A program made the translations under genes and the position numbers. Positions 1 to 11,796 of a stretch of 64,000 nucleotides of DNA are shown piece by piece. Each line of letters begins with the position of its first letter. Position 1 is the stretch's first letter. The stretch comes from Vezdaea acicularis (taxonomy: Eukaryota): contig JAPEUI010000051.1 of assembly GCA_026025075.1 (NCBI GenBank), positions 1 through 64,000 on the forward strand, written 5' to 3'. The notes beneath the pieces were generated by a model. The model did no database searches. It was not told the DNA's origin and saw only the letters and a program-made list of their open reading frames with translations.

Positions 1-70
1 TGGTCAACTCCCAGCAACACTCTTTTCTTCTCGGCGGATAGGGCAGGGCGAGCCAAGGCATACGGAGCAT
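1..70 (-). CDS. Possible 5' end of a gene running off the left edge (7-nt first exon ATG CTC C, then an intron)
   Basis: Minus strand reads accATGCTCC|GTATGC (ATG at 70-68, good context, canonical donor), preceded by a CT-rich leader (71-130), with a branch-like GTTGAC at the window edge. No product can be assigned. Confidence 0.35.
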   Translation of the reverse strand, partial: MLRMPWLALPYPPRRKECCWELT

Positions 71-2012
71 GGTATGGTCAGGTCGAGAAGGGAGAGGGAC
101 TGTGGCGGGTGAAGGTGAGTGCGAGTGTGAGTATGACAGGGGGCATAGCCCCCCCTTCTCACTCGCAACTAACAGTCACGACCGCCGATCACCATTGTTG
201 TCTTCTGCCAAGGCGGGAGCACCAACAAAAATCGCGTCACCCTTCTCTCTCTGTCTGTCCATCTCCTTCCCCTCTGTGTCTCTTTCTCCTCGCCTGCCTA
301 TTCATGCAATAACGCGGAAAAGAGGACGGTGGTGGCTGCCGCATCCGAGACGGCGGGAAACTCAGTTCCTGGACCGGGGGGTGACGCTTGGACCACGTCG
401 GGGGTCGTGCGCGTGGTGAGCTGCATCGGTGGACACCTTTTTGCTTCGGTGCCTGCCTGCCTAGGAAGGCGTGGCGTCTAGCTTTTTGACTGGATGTCAG
501 CGCGCTCCGGATGCTGTATGGTCCGGGAAAGGAGATACGGGGATTTGCTCAGGACCGTGATAGCATTTCACAGCGCCGAGCTCTCCCGTACGTGAGGTGC
601 GCGACCAGCCACTTAGCCCAGCGGGGACTGGGTGCGATCGACGATTAAAGGTGCGATGCCGTGCGTTGCGATGCCACATGCCCATACGTCCCCCCCTCAA
701 AGCGGCCTTCAAAAGGGGACGGGAGGGGGGTGGGAGAGCGGGGGCCAAAATTCTCATTCCTGAGCGAAGTTGGAAGTAACTTTCGCGCCTAACGCAGCAT
801 GGCAGGAGCAGTCGCGCGACCAGGGGGAAGGGCGACGCGGCTGCCGGAACTTGCCGTCCTCGGTACGAGACGCAAGTTACTCCCGAGGGCGGGGGGGAAA
901 GGAACGCGCTGAGCCGTTGGACGGTGCGCTTTGCCGAATCTGGGCTTGCGGCCGCCAAGACCCCGTTTTCCGCGATGGCTCCAGGATGAGTTACGGACGT
1001 TGCTGCCGCTCGATCATGCGCTTAACTTGATCTCAAGGGCGGCCCCTGGAGAGCGCGCCTCCGTCCCCAGTTCCCACCAGCATCGGACGAGGAGGGGTGG
1101 ACATGCAGCGGACGCCATGCTCCCGGTGCTCCATCACACCACCCGAACGCGGCCTTGTGCAACGTTCTTTCCACGTTGGACGCGTCCGCCGGTGCGGCAT
1201 CGGCAGCTGCCAGGTCTCCACCTGTTCGCGCTCGGCTATCGAGCGACCTCGTTCGTCCGCGTCAAAACACAATGCAGGCGCTGACACACGTCCGACTGCC
1301 GCGTCGCCCGCCTGCAAATGGGCTGCAGCTTGCCCTGCGCAGAACATGCATCCGGGGATGTGAATCCTGCGCCATGTCGCAGCGGGCGTCTGATCGAGCT
1401 GGGCAGCTGCCTTATGTGCACAGTCGCCACCGACGCATGGCTATCCCATGAGAGGGCTGGGGGGACCGCTGCCGGCTCCGTATGGCGGCCGCCCCGAGAT
1501 CGAGCGGGCTGGCCCGCGCTCTGAGATGGCTTTCCGACGTTGGAGTATCGCAATCTCATGGTGATCGGGGCTCCGCCGCGGAGATGCAATGGCGGCACAG
1601 CTTCCCCGGCCCTGGAACCCAGCTGATTAGGAACCTGGCTTGTCATTGATGCGCTTTTTCCATCTTACTCAGCTGTACTGGGTGAGCGCCTTACCGACAG
1701 CCGTAAGATCTGGCTTACGACCTTTGGAGAAGTACCTAGTATACCTACCATTTTCAGACTCAGCAATCGGGCTCGTGAATCACGGTCCGAATCCGTGGAC
1801 AAAGTTGTGACATGGCTGAACCAAGTCGCTCGCTGGCAGGGCCGGTCATGCAGCAGACCATGTGGATTCTGATAGTTCGACCACCATTGACAACCAGGCT
1901 TCCTCCTGACGAGCTGAAGAGTGAATGACCGGGAAGATGCCAGAACATGAAGTTATCTGTCATACAGTGAGATATCGCTCGTTTAGTTGGAAGCTACCAA
2001 CATATCGAGGCC

Positions 2013-2199
2013 TTTCCCATGTAACGATAGGCCGATCATGCCGAATAGAGTCTTCCGTGTAATGAGAATCTCCCCACACATTGAGCATTTGTGTGTAACG
2101 ACACATTGCCCCATAACGGGAGACGCTCCATGTAATGAGGAGTCGCTCTGACAAGGAGAGGCTCCCTCATGTAATGGGAAGTCTCGTGTATGGTGAAAT
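2013..2199. repeat. Degenerate tandem array, ~18-19-bp units, with the core RTGTAAYG recurring every 36-39 bp
   Basis: TGTAA at 2020, 2058, 2094, 2131 and 2170; decayed half-period copies near 2112 (CATAACGGG) and 2187 (TGTATGG). Confidence 0.6.
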
Positions 2200-3303
2200 G
2201 TCGTCGAAGCAGTCAGAAATTTTATCATCAGATTTGCAGAAACCAGTCAAAGCTTGATCGTAGACTTGAAAATTGACGCCTTGTCGAGGATATCTGCGAT
2301 CTGAATACACGTCGTTCCCTCTAAGCTGGGAGGGGGCGAGATAGAGAAGTTTGCATGTATTGAGTTGCTGATACCCAGGCTATCATCTTCAAGTCTACGC
2401 AGGCTTCCTTCGCCCTATTTTGATAGCCCTCTCGATTGAGACCTACCTGTTTGAAGCGTGAGACTCTTGACCCATCTCTTCAAGCGCTACCTTATTGACT
2501 ATCGCCACTCCTGCAACGCCTCCGGAGTTACTTAACTCTCTCGGGCAATTTTTGTTGACCTCATCGTATCCACAATACGATATCACAACATATACCGTTG
2601 TGTCAGTTTCTGGGGTTAATCTGCCATGGTCTGTATGCTTCGTCTAAATCACCGTTCAAACCTTCCAGTCATCATCGTCGTCCTCTTGTGACCCTTAGAG
2701 AACACCCCTGTAGGCCAATGGGTGACTTGACACTCAGAGTGCCAAGAGGGTTACTGGATCACGGTGATTGTTTCGTAGATGCAGATTTTCTCCATCGATC
2801 GATCAATCTTCCCACTTTTACTACCTTGACCATTGATCTCCTCTTGTGACGTATTTCAGTCGTCCCAGTAGAATAGAGCGACAAAAATAAAACGCTCGAC
2901 GGCTACAGCCTAATGTGGCGGAACGCTGACTGTCTCTAACTTAACTGCATATCTTCGGAGTATTGCATCATCCAGTGGTTCAGAAAGCATTGGAGCCGGT
3001 GGCCTTAGATAGCTATGGGTTGCTGAATAAGGTCATGAACGAAAGTCTACACTGTTCATAAGCATTTACAAGCGAGATGTCGGAGTCCCACCTCCGCGTC
3101 GCCGACCTCAACGGACCAATCCAAAGCTTTCTCGGTCCTAGTCGGCGAATGCATACTCCGTGCTTTCCCGTGTGGTGCTCGCTCCCGATCCTGCCGATCC
3201 GCCCGAGCGCATATAATTCTGTCCGTCACTGCTGCATTATTGAGCGAGCGTTCGTCTCTGATATACAACTTCAAGCTGCATACTGAATAGCTGGCAGACT
3301 TCA

Positions 3304-4396
3304 ATGAGCGACATGGCGCAAGGTGGAGCTGCAGGCATGATGGTAAGTCTTCAGAAACATCAACATCATCAGCAAGGGCTGACAACTCCAACAGCCTCCT
3401 ATGAAAGCGCCCTATCCTCCGCAAGCAGCCTTGCTTGGTGGGGCGCCCAAGCCAATTCCCGATATCCCAATAGCATCCGTCTTTCTTGTCCTCTTCGTTG
3501 TGGGCGCCATATGTCACATGACAATACTGAGATACAACCTGGCGCGTGGCCACAAATTCATCATGTCCGGCATAATCTTCGGGTTTTGCATGGCTCGGAT
3601 ATCAGCAATGTGCCTACGAATAGCATGGGCCAAGAACCCAACCAACATATCTCTAGCCATTGCGGCGCAGGTCTTTGTCTCTGCGGGAGTGGTTCTCCTC
3701 TTCGTCATCAACCTACTTTTCACACAACGGATCATCCGAGCACAACATCCTCATTTCGGCTGGCATAAAGCCTTGAACATTATTGGGAAACTATACATCG
3801 CCTCGATCGTTGTAGCATTGATTGCTCTCATCGTATGCACCGTTCAGTCGTTCTACACGCTTTCGAAAAACACGCATCGAATCGACCGCGATGTCCAGCT
3901 TTTCGGCTCGACCTACTTTGCCGTGTCCGCTTTCCTACCGATTCCGATGCTTATTATTGGCCTTGTGATTCCGCGGAGAGTGCGGGTAGACAAGTTTGGG
4001 TCTGGCCATTTCCGCACCAAATTCTACGTCCTTTTCTGCTCGGCTGCCCTTCTCACTCTCGGCTCTGCATTCCGCACTGGCATCGCCTATAAGCCAAGAC
4101 CATTTTCGAACCCTGCTTGGTACCACAGCAAGGCTTGCTTCTACCTCTTTAATTTCACTATTGAAATCATTGTCGTCTACCTATACATCCTAGTGCGGGT
4201 TGACAAGAGATTCCACGTCCCTGATAAAAGCCACGGACCAGGGGATTACTCGAGAGCAAATTTGCAGAAGGGAACTCATGAGGGCCCCAACGGCAGAGCT
4301 AACAACGAAGAGGAAGTATTCGACGAAGCTTCGGGAGAGCACGAGGGAGCTGACCTGGAAAAGGGAGATCTGCAAAGCGGGAGAATACCTCGATAG
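3304..4396 (+). CDS. Multi-pass membrane protein, DUF3112-like fungal family; join(3304..3342,3395..4396)
   Basis: 331-aa ORF with about 7 hydrophobic segments and the motifs LGGAP..PD.PI, GFCMARI...LRIAW, AGVVLLFVINL, WYHSKACFY.FNF. A GTAAGT..GCTGAC..ACAG intron (3343-3394) joins an upstream ATG in frame. Confidence 0.8.
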
Positions 4397-4800
4397 ATGG
4401 ATTTTGGATAACTTGTATTGTCTTCTTGCATAAGCCAACAGTGGAGGGTCGCAGCATTTCACGGAGTTTTGGGTTCTGCAGCATAAAGCCGGTAACGGAT
4501 CATTCCGCGTTACACATTTTGTGGGGTAGACGTATCGGGCAGCGTCCGGTTTGCGCCATTTTACCAGGCGATATTCGTGCGCACCGCTCGTACGGTGGCA
4601 CTTCAAACCCCTCGAAAAATAATGGATAAGATAGTCAGCTTAATAAGAGCTCTAACAGCTCTGACCATGGAGAATATAATGTATGATGGTAAATTGAGCT
4701 TCCCCGCAAATTCCTTATGCCTCACTGTTCATACCTCGTAAACCCCACATATATCCTTTCGTGCATACACCCATCCTCGGGCCGATCCAGCACTACCAGC

Positions 4801-6141
4801 ATGAGCTCAACAAATTTAACGTCTCGTGTACGGCTGCTTCTCTTAACACTTCTCCTCGACTCAATCGCCGCAATAGAATACCGCATAACTCCACCCGTCG
4901 GCCTGGGGATCAACCAGTTAGTCGGCGATCCCCGCGCCTCCATAACCTGCAAGGGGCCTCTTCCCCCCTATCCTATCCACGAAAGGGGCTTCAACACGTA
5001 TTGGCCCTCGCTGACGCACCTATGCGCCAAACCTGCCTACGGCGGCATTCCAAACTACAACCTAGGCGGGTACTGTTGGTGGGCCGAAGAGCCGTTACAA
5101 GTGTATTTCGACCCGTTTCGCCCCAGCGCGGGCTTGCTCCGTACAGAACTTTTTGTTTATTGCCAGACGCGCTGTTTCTGTACGACGAACGACAACACAC
5201 ATCACGTGCGCAGGCTCGATCCCGCTATAGAGCATGCTGAGGGCACGTTCAGTGGGGGGGTGCCCACAGGCTTTCTCAACCTGGAGAATGGCCGGGAGAT
5301 GCCGCGGGCCGAATGGATGATGGAGAGAGGAGATGTGCGAGCGCCTGCGGGAATGGTTATTCATACTCGCGCTGAGATCGAGGCGTACACCACTGTATAT
5401 AACAACAAGATGCGTACATGGAGGAGACCCATTGTGCCGTTCGCTGGGGAGGCGATAGACTGTTCAGAAGGGAGTCTGCCACCGTTCGGACTACCAAGAC
5501 CTTTCAGCGGCAGCACTGCAAACGTCAACAAGCCAAGCACCTTACAGCAGCTGTGTGCTGCTGAGGTGGATGGGGGAAGTGTTCATGGAAGTGCAGGCGG
5601 CGTATGCGTGGATGATACGCTAAGGTCCGGACGGAAGATGATTACGTTCTATGACGAGCTGGCGCATCCAGCGCTGACAGATCGGCTGGGACGGGGAACG
5701 GGGGTGAGGGTGTGGTGTTATTTTATGTGCAAGTGCACGGGAGGGCGGTCTCGGGATGAAGTACAGAGACCAGAGACTTTGACGCATTTGCCTTGGCAGC
5801 CGAATGTTGAAGTGGATATGAGCAACGATAACCTGGTTCTGAAAGGGGTTTATAGGGATAATTTGGATAAAAGGATCCGGGTCTTTGGTCCTGGTGAGCT
5901 CGTAATACCATCTGGAGACCAGAACGTCCGGACTTGTGACATCAGGTGCAACGGACGAAAGGCTTGCGCTTATGAGGAGGAGTGTACCTCTACAACGGGG
6001 CCGGCTCTCCTCGTGAATTCCCCCAAACGGCGTGGCTCCTTTCTTCCCTCGACTTCTTATACTGGTATCTTCACGGATTCGCGCAGGTCGCGTAGACTGG
6101 TTGAACTTCTAAAGGCGAATAACTTAGGACGCGCACGATAA
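4801..6141 (+). CDS. Uncharacterised secreted cysteine-rich protein with an internally duplicated 6-Cys domain (446 aa from ATG 4801)
   Basis: Intronless ORF (open from 4717). Signal-peptide-like MSSTNLTSRVRLLLLTLLLDSIAA; two copies of I.C...LPP...L..LCA....GG....GG.C...F.D...C...C.C; a further Cys cluster CDIRCNGRKAC. Confidence 0.7.
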   Translation: MSSTNLTSRVRLLLLTLLLDSIAAIEYRITPPVGLGINQLVGDPRASITCKGPLPPYPIHERGFNTYWPSLTHLCAKPAYGGIPNYNLGGYCWWAEEPLQVYFDPFRPSAGLLRTELFVYCQTRCFCTTNDNTHHVRRLDPAIEHAEGTFSGGVPTGFLNLENGREMPRAEWMMERGDVRAPAGMVIHTRAEIEAYTTVYNNKMRTWRRPIVPFAGEAIDCSEGSLPPFGLPRPFSGSTANVNKPSTLQQLCAAEVDGGSVHGSAGGVCVDDTLRSGRKMITFYDELAHPALTDRLGRGTGVRVWCYFMCKCTGGRSRDEVQRPETLTHLPWQPNVEVDMSNDNLVLKGVYRDNLDKRIRVFGPGELVIPSGDQNVRTCDIRCNGRKACAYEEECTSTTGPALLVNSPKRRGSFLPSTSYTGIFTDSRRSRRLVELLKANNLGRAR

Positions 6142-6470
6142 GGAAGGGGCTTCCCCTTTGGTGGCATTAGACAACCCAGGATTTTCGAAGCTCTATTCTA
6201 GAGTTGAAGCGTGGCCGCAGCCTCGTAACTTGCGTCGGGTTTACTGGCATCCCTTGGAAATACTAAGACGTGACTTTGGCGAGTCGGAGGCAACTGAGCA
6301 CCTTCGAGTCATTTTGACAGGTAGAACTGACCGCAGTTTTCGTGACTGGAAGTAGTCGAGAAAGGGGAAGAAATAGCTACCAGATAGGCTCACCAAGGAT
6401 TGGTGCATTCTCCTGATCTTCTCATGTAAGAGCAACAAATGAGTAAAAGAATTGCAGAAGATTTACTTCC

Positions 6471-7634
6471 TCATTTAGCCCCCTTTCCCTTCGCCTCCGA
6501 AGCGCCCAATTCCCGTACAAAGACCTTGACTTGTCCATTCGCTTCAACTTCTCCCTTTCCATCCTCAAACCCGGGACAAACTCCTACTGCCAAGAGTTTC
6601 CCATCTTGCGAGAACGCTAGTGCCGCAACGCTTTGCGGGTACCGCTGATACTGCCTGATTCTTCTTTTCGCTACTGCGTCCCATAAAGCCACAATTCCGT
6701 CGCCTCCGCCAGACGCAAAGGTATTGACATGCGTAGGATTGAAAGTTAAGGCGTTGACCGGATACACTACATCTATGCCTTCTTCCTCATTTGTTTGTCG
6801 GTGGTATTTGAATGCATATTTTCGAGCTTGACTCTCTGTACTGCTATCGAACCATTCGACTGCGACTCGTCCCTCAATACTACTTGTTGCATAGCCTGCA
6901 TCGTTGGGCATGCAAGCCACAGCTCTTGTCATGTATTTCAAACTTGATTCTCTTCGTTGCCAAGGTTCGATTGAGAGGACATTTGTATCGGACTGACGCA
7001 GCTGAGACGTAGCTTGGACTAATTCCAAAAGATCATATATGTGTACAGCTCTCGATGCCATTCCGACGACGAGCTTTGTTGCTGTTATAGAGAGCGAGAA
7101 AGGTTTCGATGGCAGAAGTACAGTCGCATAGGATCCAATCGGGTTTGAAAGGATGTGAATATGCATGGTGCTATCCCAGGACGCGGAGATGACTACGTCT
7201 AGTGGTAAAGTGAGCAGTGAACTCGGGGGTAGTACATATGGAACTTACCATTCTGTTGTGAATAGACAACGGACTTGACGGCTGCGGCATGGGAGCTTAG
7301 GACAATTTGTTGCGACGATTCGAGATCAAGCCTTATGATACACATTAACTTTTCATATCCCAGTCTTGAGGTCTTCTGAAGGGACTCACTTCCTAACGTC
7401 CCAGTCCAGACCGCCGACATATGCTTCTCGGTCATTTGACCCGAAACATACATCTAAGACTGGAGCTCTGAACTCGAATGAATTGAGAAGTAAGTGGGTT
7501 GACTCGCTGCCAATATCATATAAATATACACTTTTATCCCATGATGATACAAGCAGTCTGTGCGAGTCACCCGGCCCAAATTTTAAGGCTGATATCGCAT
7601 CCAATGGCGCATTGCGCAGCTCTTGCTGAGACAT
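6471..7634 (-). CDS. BUB3: Mitotic checkpoint WD40 protein Bub3 (2 introns)
   Basis: DAISALKF, LLVSSWD, APVLDVCF, QRRESSLKYMTRAVACMP, SSIEGRVAVEWFD, VYPVNAL.F; introns at about 7332-7390 and 7199-7248. Confidence 0.92.
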
Positions 7635-7804
7635 TTCGAATGCAGTTGGTAAAAACTTCGCGAAGCTTGGGAACGTTGTGTTTATGAACGCGATCCCGCA
7701 AAAGATTCTTAGCGCGGGGAGCTTTGTTTCCGCCACCGTTCCGCCCCGCCATTCGAGCATGCACTTTGCTCCGGCTTCTAACCTCACCTGCGGACTCATA
7801 CATC

Positions 7805-9137
7805 ATGCCTTTTGCTCAGGTTGGTTATCTAGACCTCACTATGGGCTTTTCTAACTCTCTGTAGCTTGTTATAGGTCCTCCAGGATCAGGGAAGTCAACG
7901 TATTGTGATGGCAGTACGTTCCTACTCGCGTTCGCGCTTTGTCCCACGCATATATAAGCGGTTCTACATACCACTGAACTTTGGCTAAGTTCTACTCCTC
8001 TAGTGCTACAGTTTATGACCGCTATTGGTCGAAAAGCGTGTGTTGTGAATCTAGATCCAGCAAATGACAAGACATCATATCCATGCGCTTTAGATATTCG
8101 AAAACTAGTCACACTAGATGAGATCATGTCAGACGAAGAGCTTGGCCCGAATGGGGGCGTTCTATATGCACTCGAAGAGCTAGAACATAACATAGAGTGG
8201 TTGGAGCAGGGACTCAGCTGCCTCGGAGGTGTGTGATGGAAAAGGAACCATGGTGATAGGTTGTCTTGAGAACGGGAAGCTGATTGTCCATGCCTCAGAA
8301 TAGATGATTATGTTCTTTTCGATTGTCCGGGGCAAGTAGAGCTGTTCACACACCATGCGTCGCTTCGAAACATCTTTTTCCGACTACAAAAGCTTGGGTA
8401 CAGAGTTCGTACCCTTCTTCCGCGCCTTGAACCCTCTTCCTCTTATATCTAATTTATTGTGACAGTTAGTAGTCATACATTTAACGGACTCATACGCTTT
8501 AACGTTACCTTCCCTCTACGTTTCCACCCTTCTACTCTCATTAAGGGCCATGCTGCAGATGGATTTACCACACATAAATGTCCTTACGAAGATCGACAAT
8601 CTCTCAAATTATGGGCCTCTCCCTTTCAATTTAGATTACTACACTGAAGTCCAGGACCTGAGCTATATAATGCCCCACCTCGAGCAAGAAGCGCCCGGTA
8701 TGATAGATGGTAAATTTGAAGCTCTGAACAAAGCCATCGTCGAGCTCATTGAGGATTTCAGTCTCGTAGCTTATCAGACGTTAGCTGTCGAAGACAAGAG
8801 GAGCATGATGGACCTACTTAAAGTGATAGATAGAGCTAGCGGCTATGCTTTTGGCAGCGCAGAAGGTGCAAATGACACTGTGTGGCAGGTCGCCATGAGA
8901 GAGGGAATGTCGACAATGGAAATCCAAGATGTCCAGGAGAGGTGGATAGACATGAAGGATGAGTATGATGAGATAGACAGGAAAACCTGGGAAGAAGAGG
9001 CCAAAGCTCGAGATGTCGAAAGAGCTAAAGAAGCTGATCAGAACAATATAGGAGCCAGCACCATTCCTGGCTTAAAAGCGGAGACACCACAAGAATCTGG
9101 TATCAAAATCGTCCGCAAGAATGGCGCAAAGCATTGA
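7805..9137 (+). CDS. GPN2: GPN-loop GTPase 2 (4 introns)
   Basis: Spliced N-terminus MPFAQ|LVIGPPGSGKSTYCDG; VVNLDPAND, LGPNGG (GPN loop), FDCPGQVELFTHH, LPHINVLTKID. Confidence 0.93.
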
Positions 9138-9193
9138 ATGAAAGTACTCCCGGAAGCACTCGATTCATAAACTTTGTCTTGTTTAAAGCTTCA

Positions 9194-9842
9194 TCAAGAC
9201 GCATCATATTCCTCCATCTCTTCATCGTCATCTTCGTCAGAATCACTGTCATTGCCCCCGTAAATAGGCTCTCCAAGATCTTCTTCCAAATTTTCTCCCT
9301 CTTCCGCACCCTCTGAAGTTTTGTCACCCATGGGTCTGACTCGTAGCAATGTAGCCCTTGCCAGCCTGATTGCTTCCTCCTCCGCCTTCCTTATAGTTCC
9401 ACTGACCCGTACCACTCTGATCACGCAAGCCCGCCTTGCTGGAGATAATTCTGTCATGAAGGACAACGCAGACCAGGCAAGGCGGTAATGCGCCCGTGAG
9501 ACCTTTAAAATGAACGTCGACGTAGCCGTAGAAAGATATTTCACTGCATCTCGGGTCAGCGCCCCGTATTTATGATGTACCCCAAGAGGACTGCTTAGAC
9601 ATAGAGTTCATACCATTCAAAGATCCAGAGACCATCCCAGATCCATAGTCGCCGTACAACTCCGATATTTTCTCTCGCAAGTCGCGAAGGAGTAAATGGG
9701 AATTTAATGTTGCAGAAGATGGTTGGTGGAAAACCACAACGCTGGGGATAGCTTCGCCGGGCAGAGCTTCCTTTTTATCCTGTGGGGTTAATAAAGGGTA
9801 GAGAATGTGACAGAGGAGGTATCGATTCTTCTGGCGCACCAT
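9194..9842 (-). CDS. POP5: RNase P/MRP subunit Pop5 (1 intron)
   Basis: MVRQKNRYLL, LYGDYGSG, VKYLSTATSTFIL, VVRVSGTIRKAEEEAIR (Rpp14/Pop5 family); acidic tail. Confidence 0.9.
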
Positions 9843-10177
9843 ATTGGGGGTTCAATAACCCATTGGGTGCACCTAAGCTTTGCCGTACATGGTAAATTTC
9901 AACTTCCTCAAATAGATTAGTAGATCACCTCTCGGCGACCGGCGTTGGCTTTAGCCGAAGGTTTCTCTTGAGCGATTTCATATTTTCCTTGGCTAATGTT
10001 TTCAGCTTTCTATTCATATTGACTTCCTTCATTCAGCAATCAACATGAGAAACTAGATAAAGTATGGTAGTGCTAAGACTTTTTTTCCAAATGTCCGACT
10101 CAAATCACAAGGTGGCAAAAACAGAATGCAAGCGTTCCTGGCTGATTCTCAGCTCCTCTCACTCCAACACTGCCACT

Positions 10178-10824
10178 TTATGAGCAGTCCTGCTCAACCG
10201 CAACATCATCAAGCACAAATGGCACGTCCTGACCTCCATTCTTGTCAAGAAGAGCAAAAGAAGTCAAGCCTGACCACTGGTTCGACCCTACAAGATTCAC
10301 AAATTGTAGAGCAGGACCCTGGCTGGAGGGAGAGATAACCAGCGACGTCGTGTCTGTGGTGTTCCCTCTAAAACCAAGGAGGATAGCAAAACTCCCTTGA
10401 CCAGCAAAATAGAAACTGCGAAGAGTGAATGTGTATGTTGCTCCTTCGGGCACCGTGACCACGGCAGGGTTTGCGTCTGTCCCATCGGGTGGGCCAGGAT
10501 TCTTAGGATCCGAATATGCGACATTAGGCTTTGAGTGAGGTATGAATGTATCGTAAGGTCGACCACCGCCTGCGGTAGGGGTGACTATAGTGAAGTTTAC
10601 GAAGTCGAGTATAGGATAGCGTGGAGGGCCGTCGAACTGAGAAGAGTACAGTTAGCATCGTAACACTCTTCCACACCTTGGAGAGCGACAGCGTGTAAAC
10701 CCACGTTGAATGTTGCATGAAGATGGTTACATCTTGTCTCTAGGTCTTCATACACTGGAAGAGCAATAGCACTAGAAGTTGCAAGACTGCTGAACAAACA
10801 GGCCAAAGCGGTAGTAATTTTCAT
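10178..10824 (-). CDS. Small secreted protein, 192 aa; complement(join(10178..10636,10705..10824))
   Basis: Signal peptide MKITTALACLFSSLATSSAIA and propeptide ending LETR. A GTGGGT..GCTAAC..TCAG intron (10704-10637) joins the two ORF fragments in frame into a beta-rich domain ending VPFVLDDVAVEQDCS. Confidence 0.8.
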
Positions 10825-10935
10825 CTTTGCTGAAGGTCACACGGCCTTGCTCGAGTAATACCTGCTAAAATATATATCGGTGCTTGAAAGTAGTAGATGA
10901 AGATAGACAAGAACCAGGACGGAGGAGACTCCGCC

Positions 10936-10945
10936 TTTATATAAA
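10936..10945 (-). promoter_or_regulatory. TATA box of the small secreted protein gene
   Basis: Palindromic TTTATATAAA about 110 bp upstream of the ATG at 10824. Confidence 0.5.
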
Positions 10946-11495
10946 CGCTCAATGTAGCACCCCATGACGAGGCTACGCAACAGGAAAGTGCAAATGACCC
11001 AAGATCCTTGAGGAATACAGCAAAAGGAGTGGAGCATGGATACGAACTAGGAAGAAACGGGGAAAGGAAGAGGCAAGGCTGGTTGTCAGCGTCCCCACGC
11101 AACAATCTACCAATAGGTTTGGAGTCCGAGAACATCCGTTCTCGCATTATATGCGATGCACTATTTGCCCTTGCCATTCTTTCCGTGGGCAACCCAAGAA
11201 TGACGCTGATCGTGTGCTCGGTGCGCCGATTGGCGCTGTGCACCGTATAAACAGTCAACTGTAGCCGGAAAAGGCGACGGGGACCTTATTTCCTTTAGTA
11301 ATAACGGTTGACGCATTCTTGAACTCATGTAGACTAGAGAAAGCTATGCGGGGTTCAGAAGAGCTTAATGAGCTTGTTTGCTTGTTGCGACGGTTAAGCA
11401 CGTCAGCTCCTGCACGGCATGTACATGTACTCCAGTCACCCCGGCCTATAGAAACTCTGTTGGACAAGGTGTTCCTCATATCTCATTGCTTCGCG

Positions 11496-11516
11496 CAGGG
11501 TCCAGGGTCCAGGGTC
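11496..11516. repeat. (CAGGGTC)x3 tandem repeat in a divergent promoter region
   Basis: cagggtc cagggtc cagggtc read directly. Confidence 0.85.
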
Positions 11517-11796
11517 CTCAATGCTCTACGAAAGGTAAAGATTCTAGCTGCATGTGAACTATCGAGGTATGTTACAGCCGGGGATCGCGGGCAGAAAAAG
11601 GCGGGCCGCTAGTCCTGTCGGAGTCTAGGACAGCAGGGATCGGAAGCCAGGCTAAGCAATAAGCTTTTCGTGTGCCTCGACAGGGTCGCCGTTTGGCGGA
11701 AAGGTTATGTTGCTCATCGACCATAAGTTCCTCCCTACCTATCCATTCTTTCCCGTATGTCATATGCATATCAAAGCAAACAGTCACACGTAACGA

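Noticed and set aside
69..1650. Many overlapping 60-150-aa ORFs on both strands
   Set aside because: Arg/Pro/Ala/Cys-rich translations with no motifs, as expected by chance in GC-rich non-coding DNA.
2013..2199. CRISPR array (repeat plus variable spacer)
   Set aside because: Eukaryotic context, a conserved core of only about 8-13 degenerate bp, a 37-bp period too short for repeat plus spacer, and no cas genes.
6158..6355. 65-aa ORF after the Cys-rich secreted gene, as a frameshifted continuation
   Set aside because: TTG start, no cysteines or shared motif, and it lies in the convergent terminator region with BUB3.
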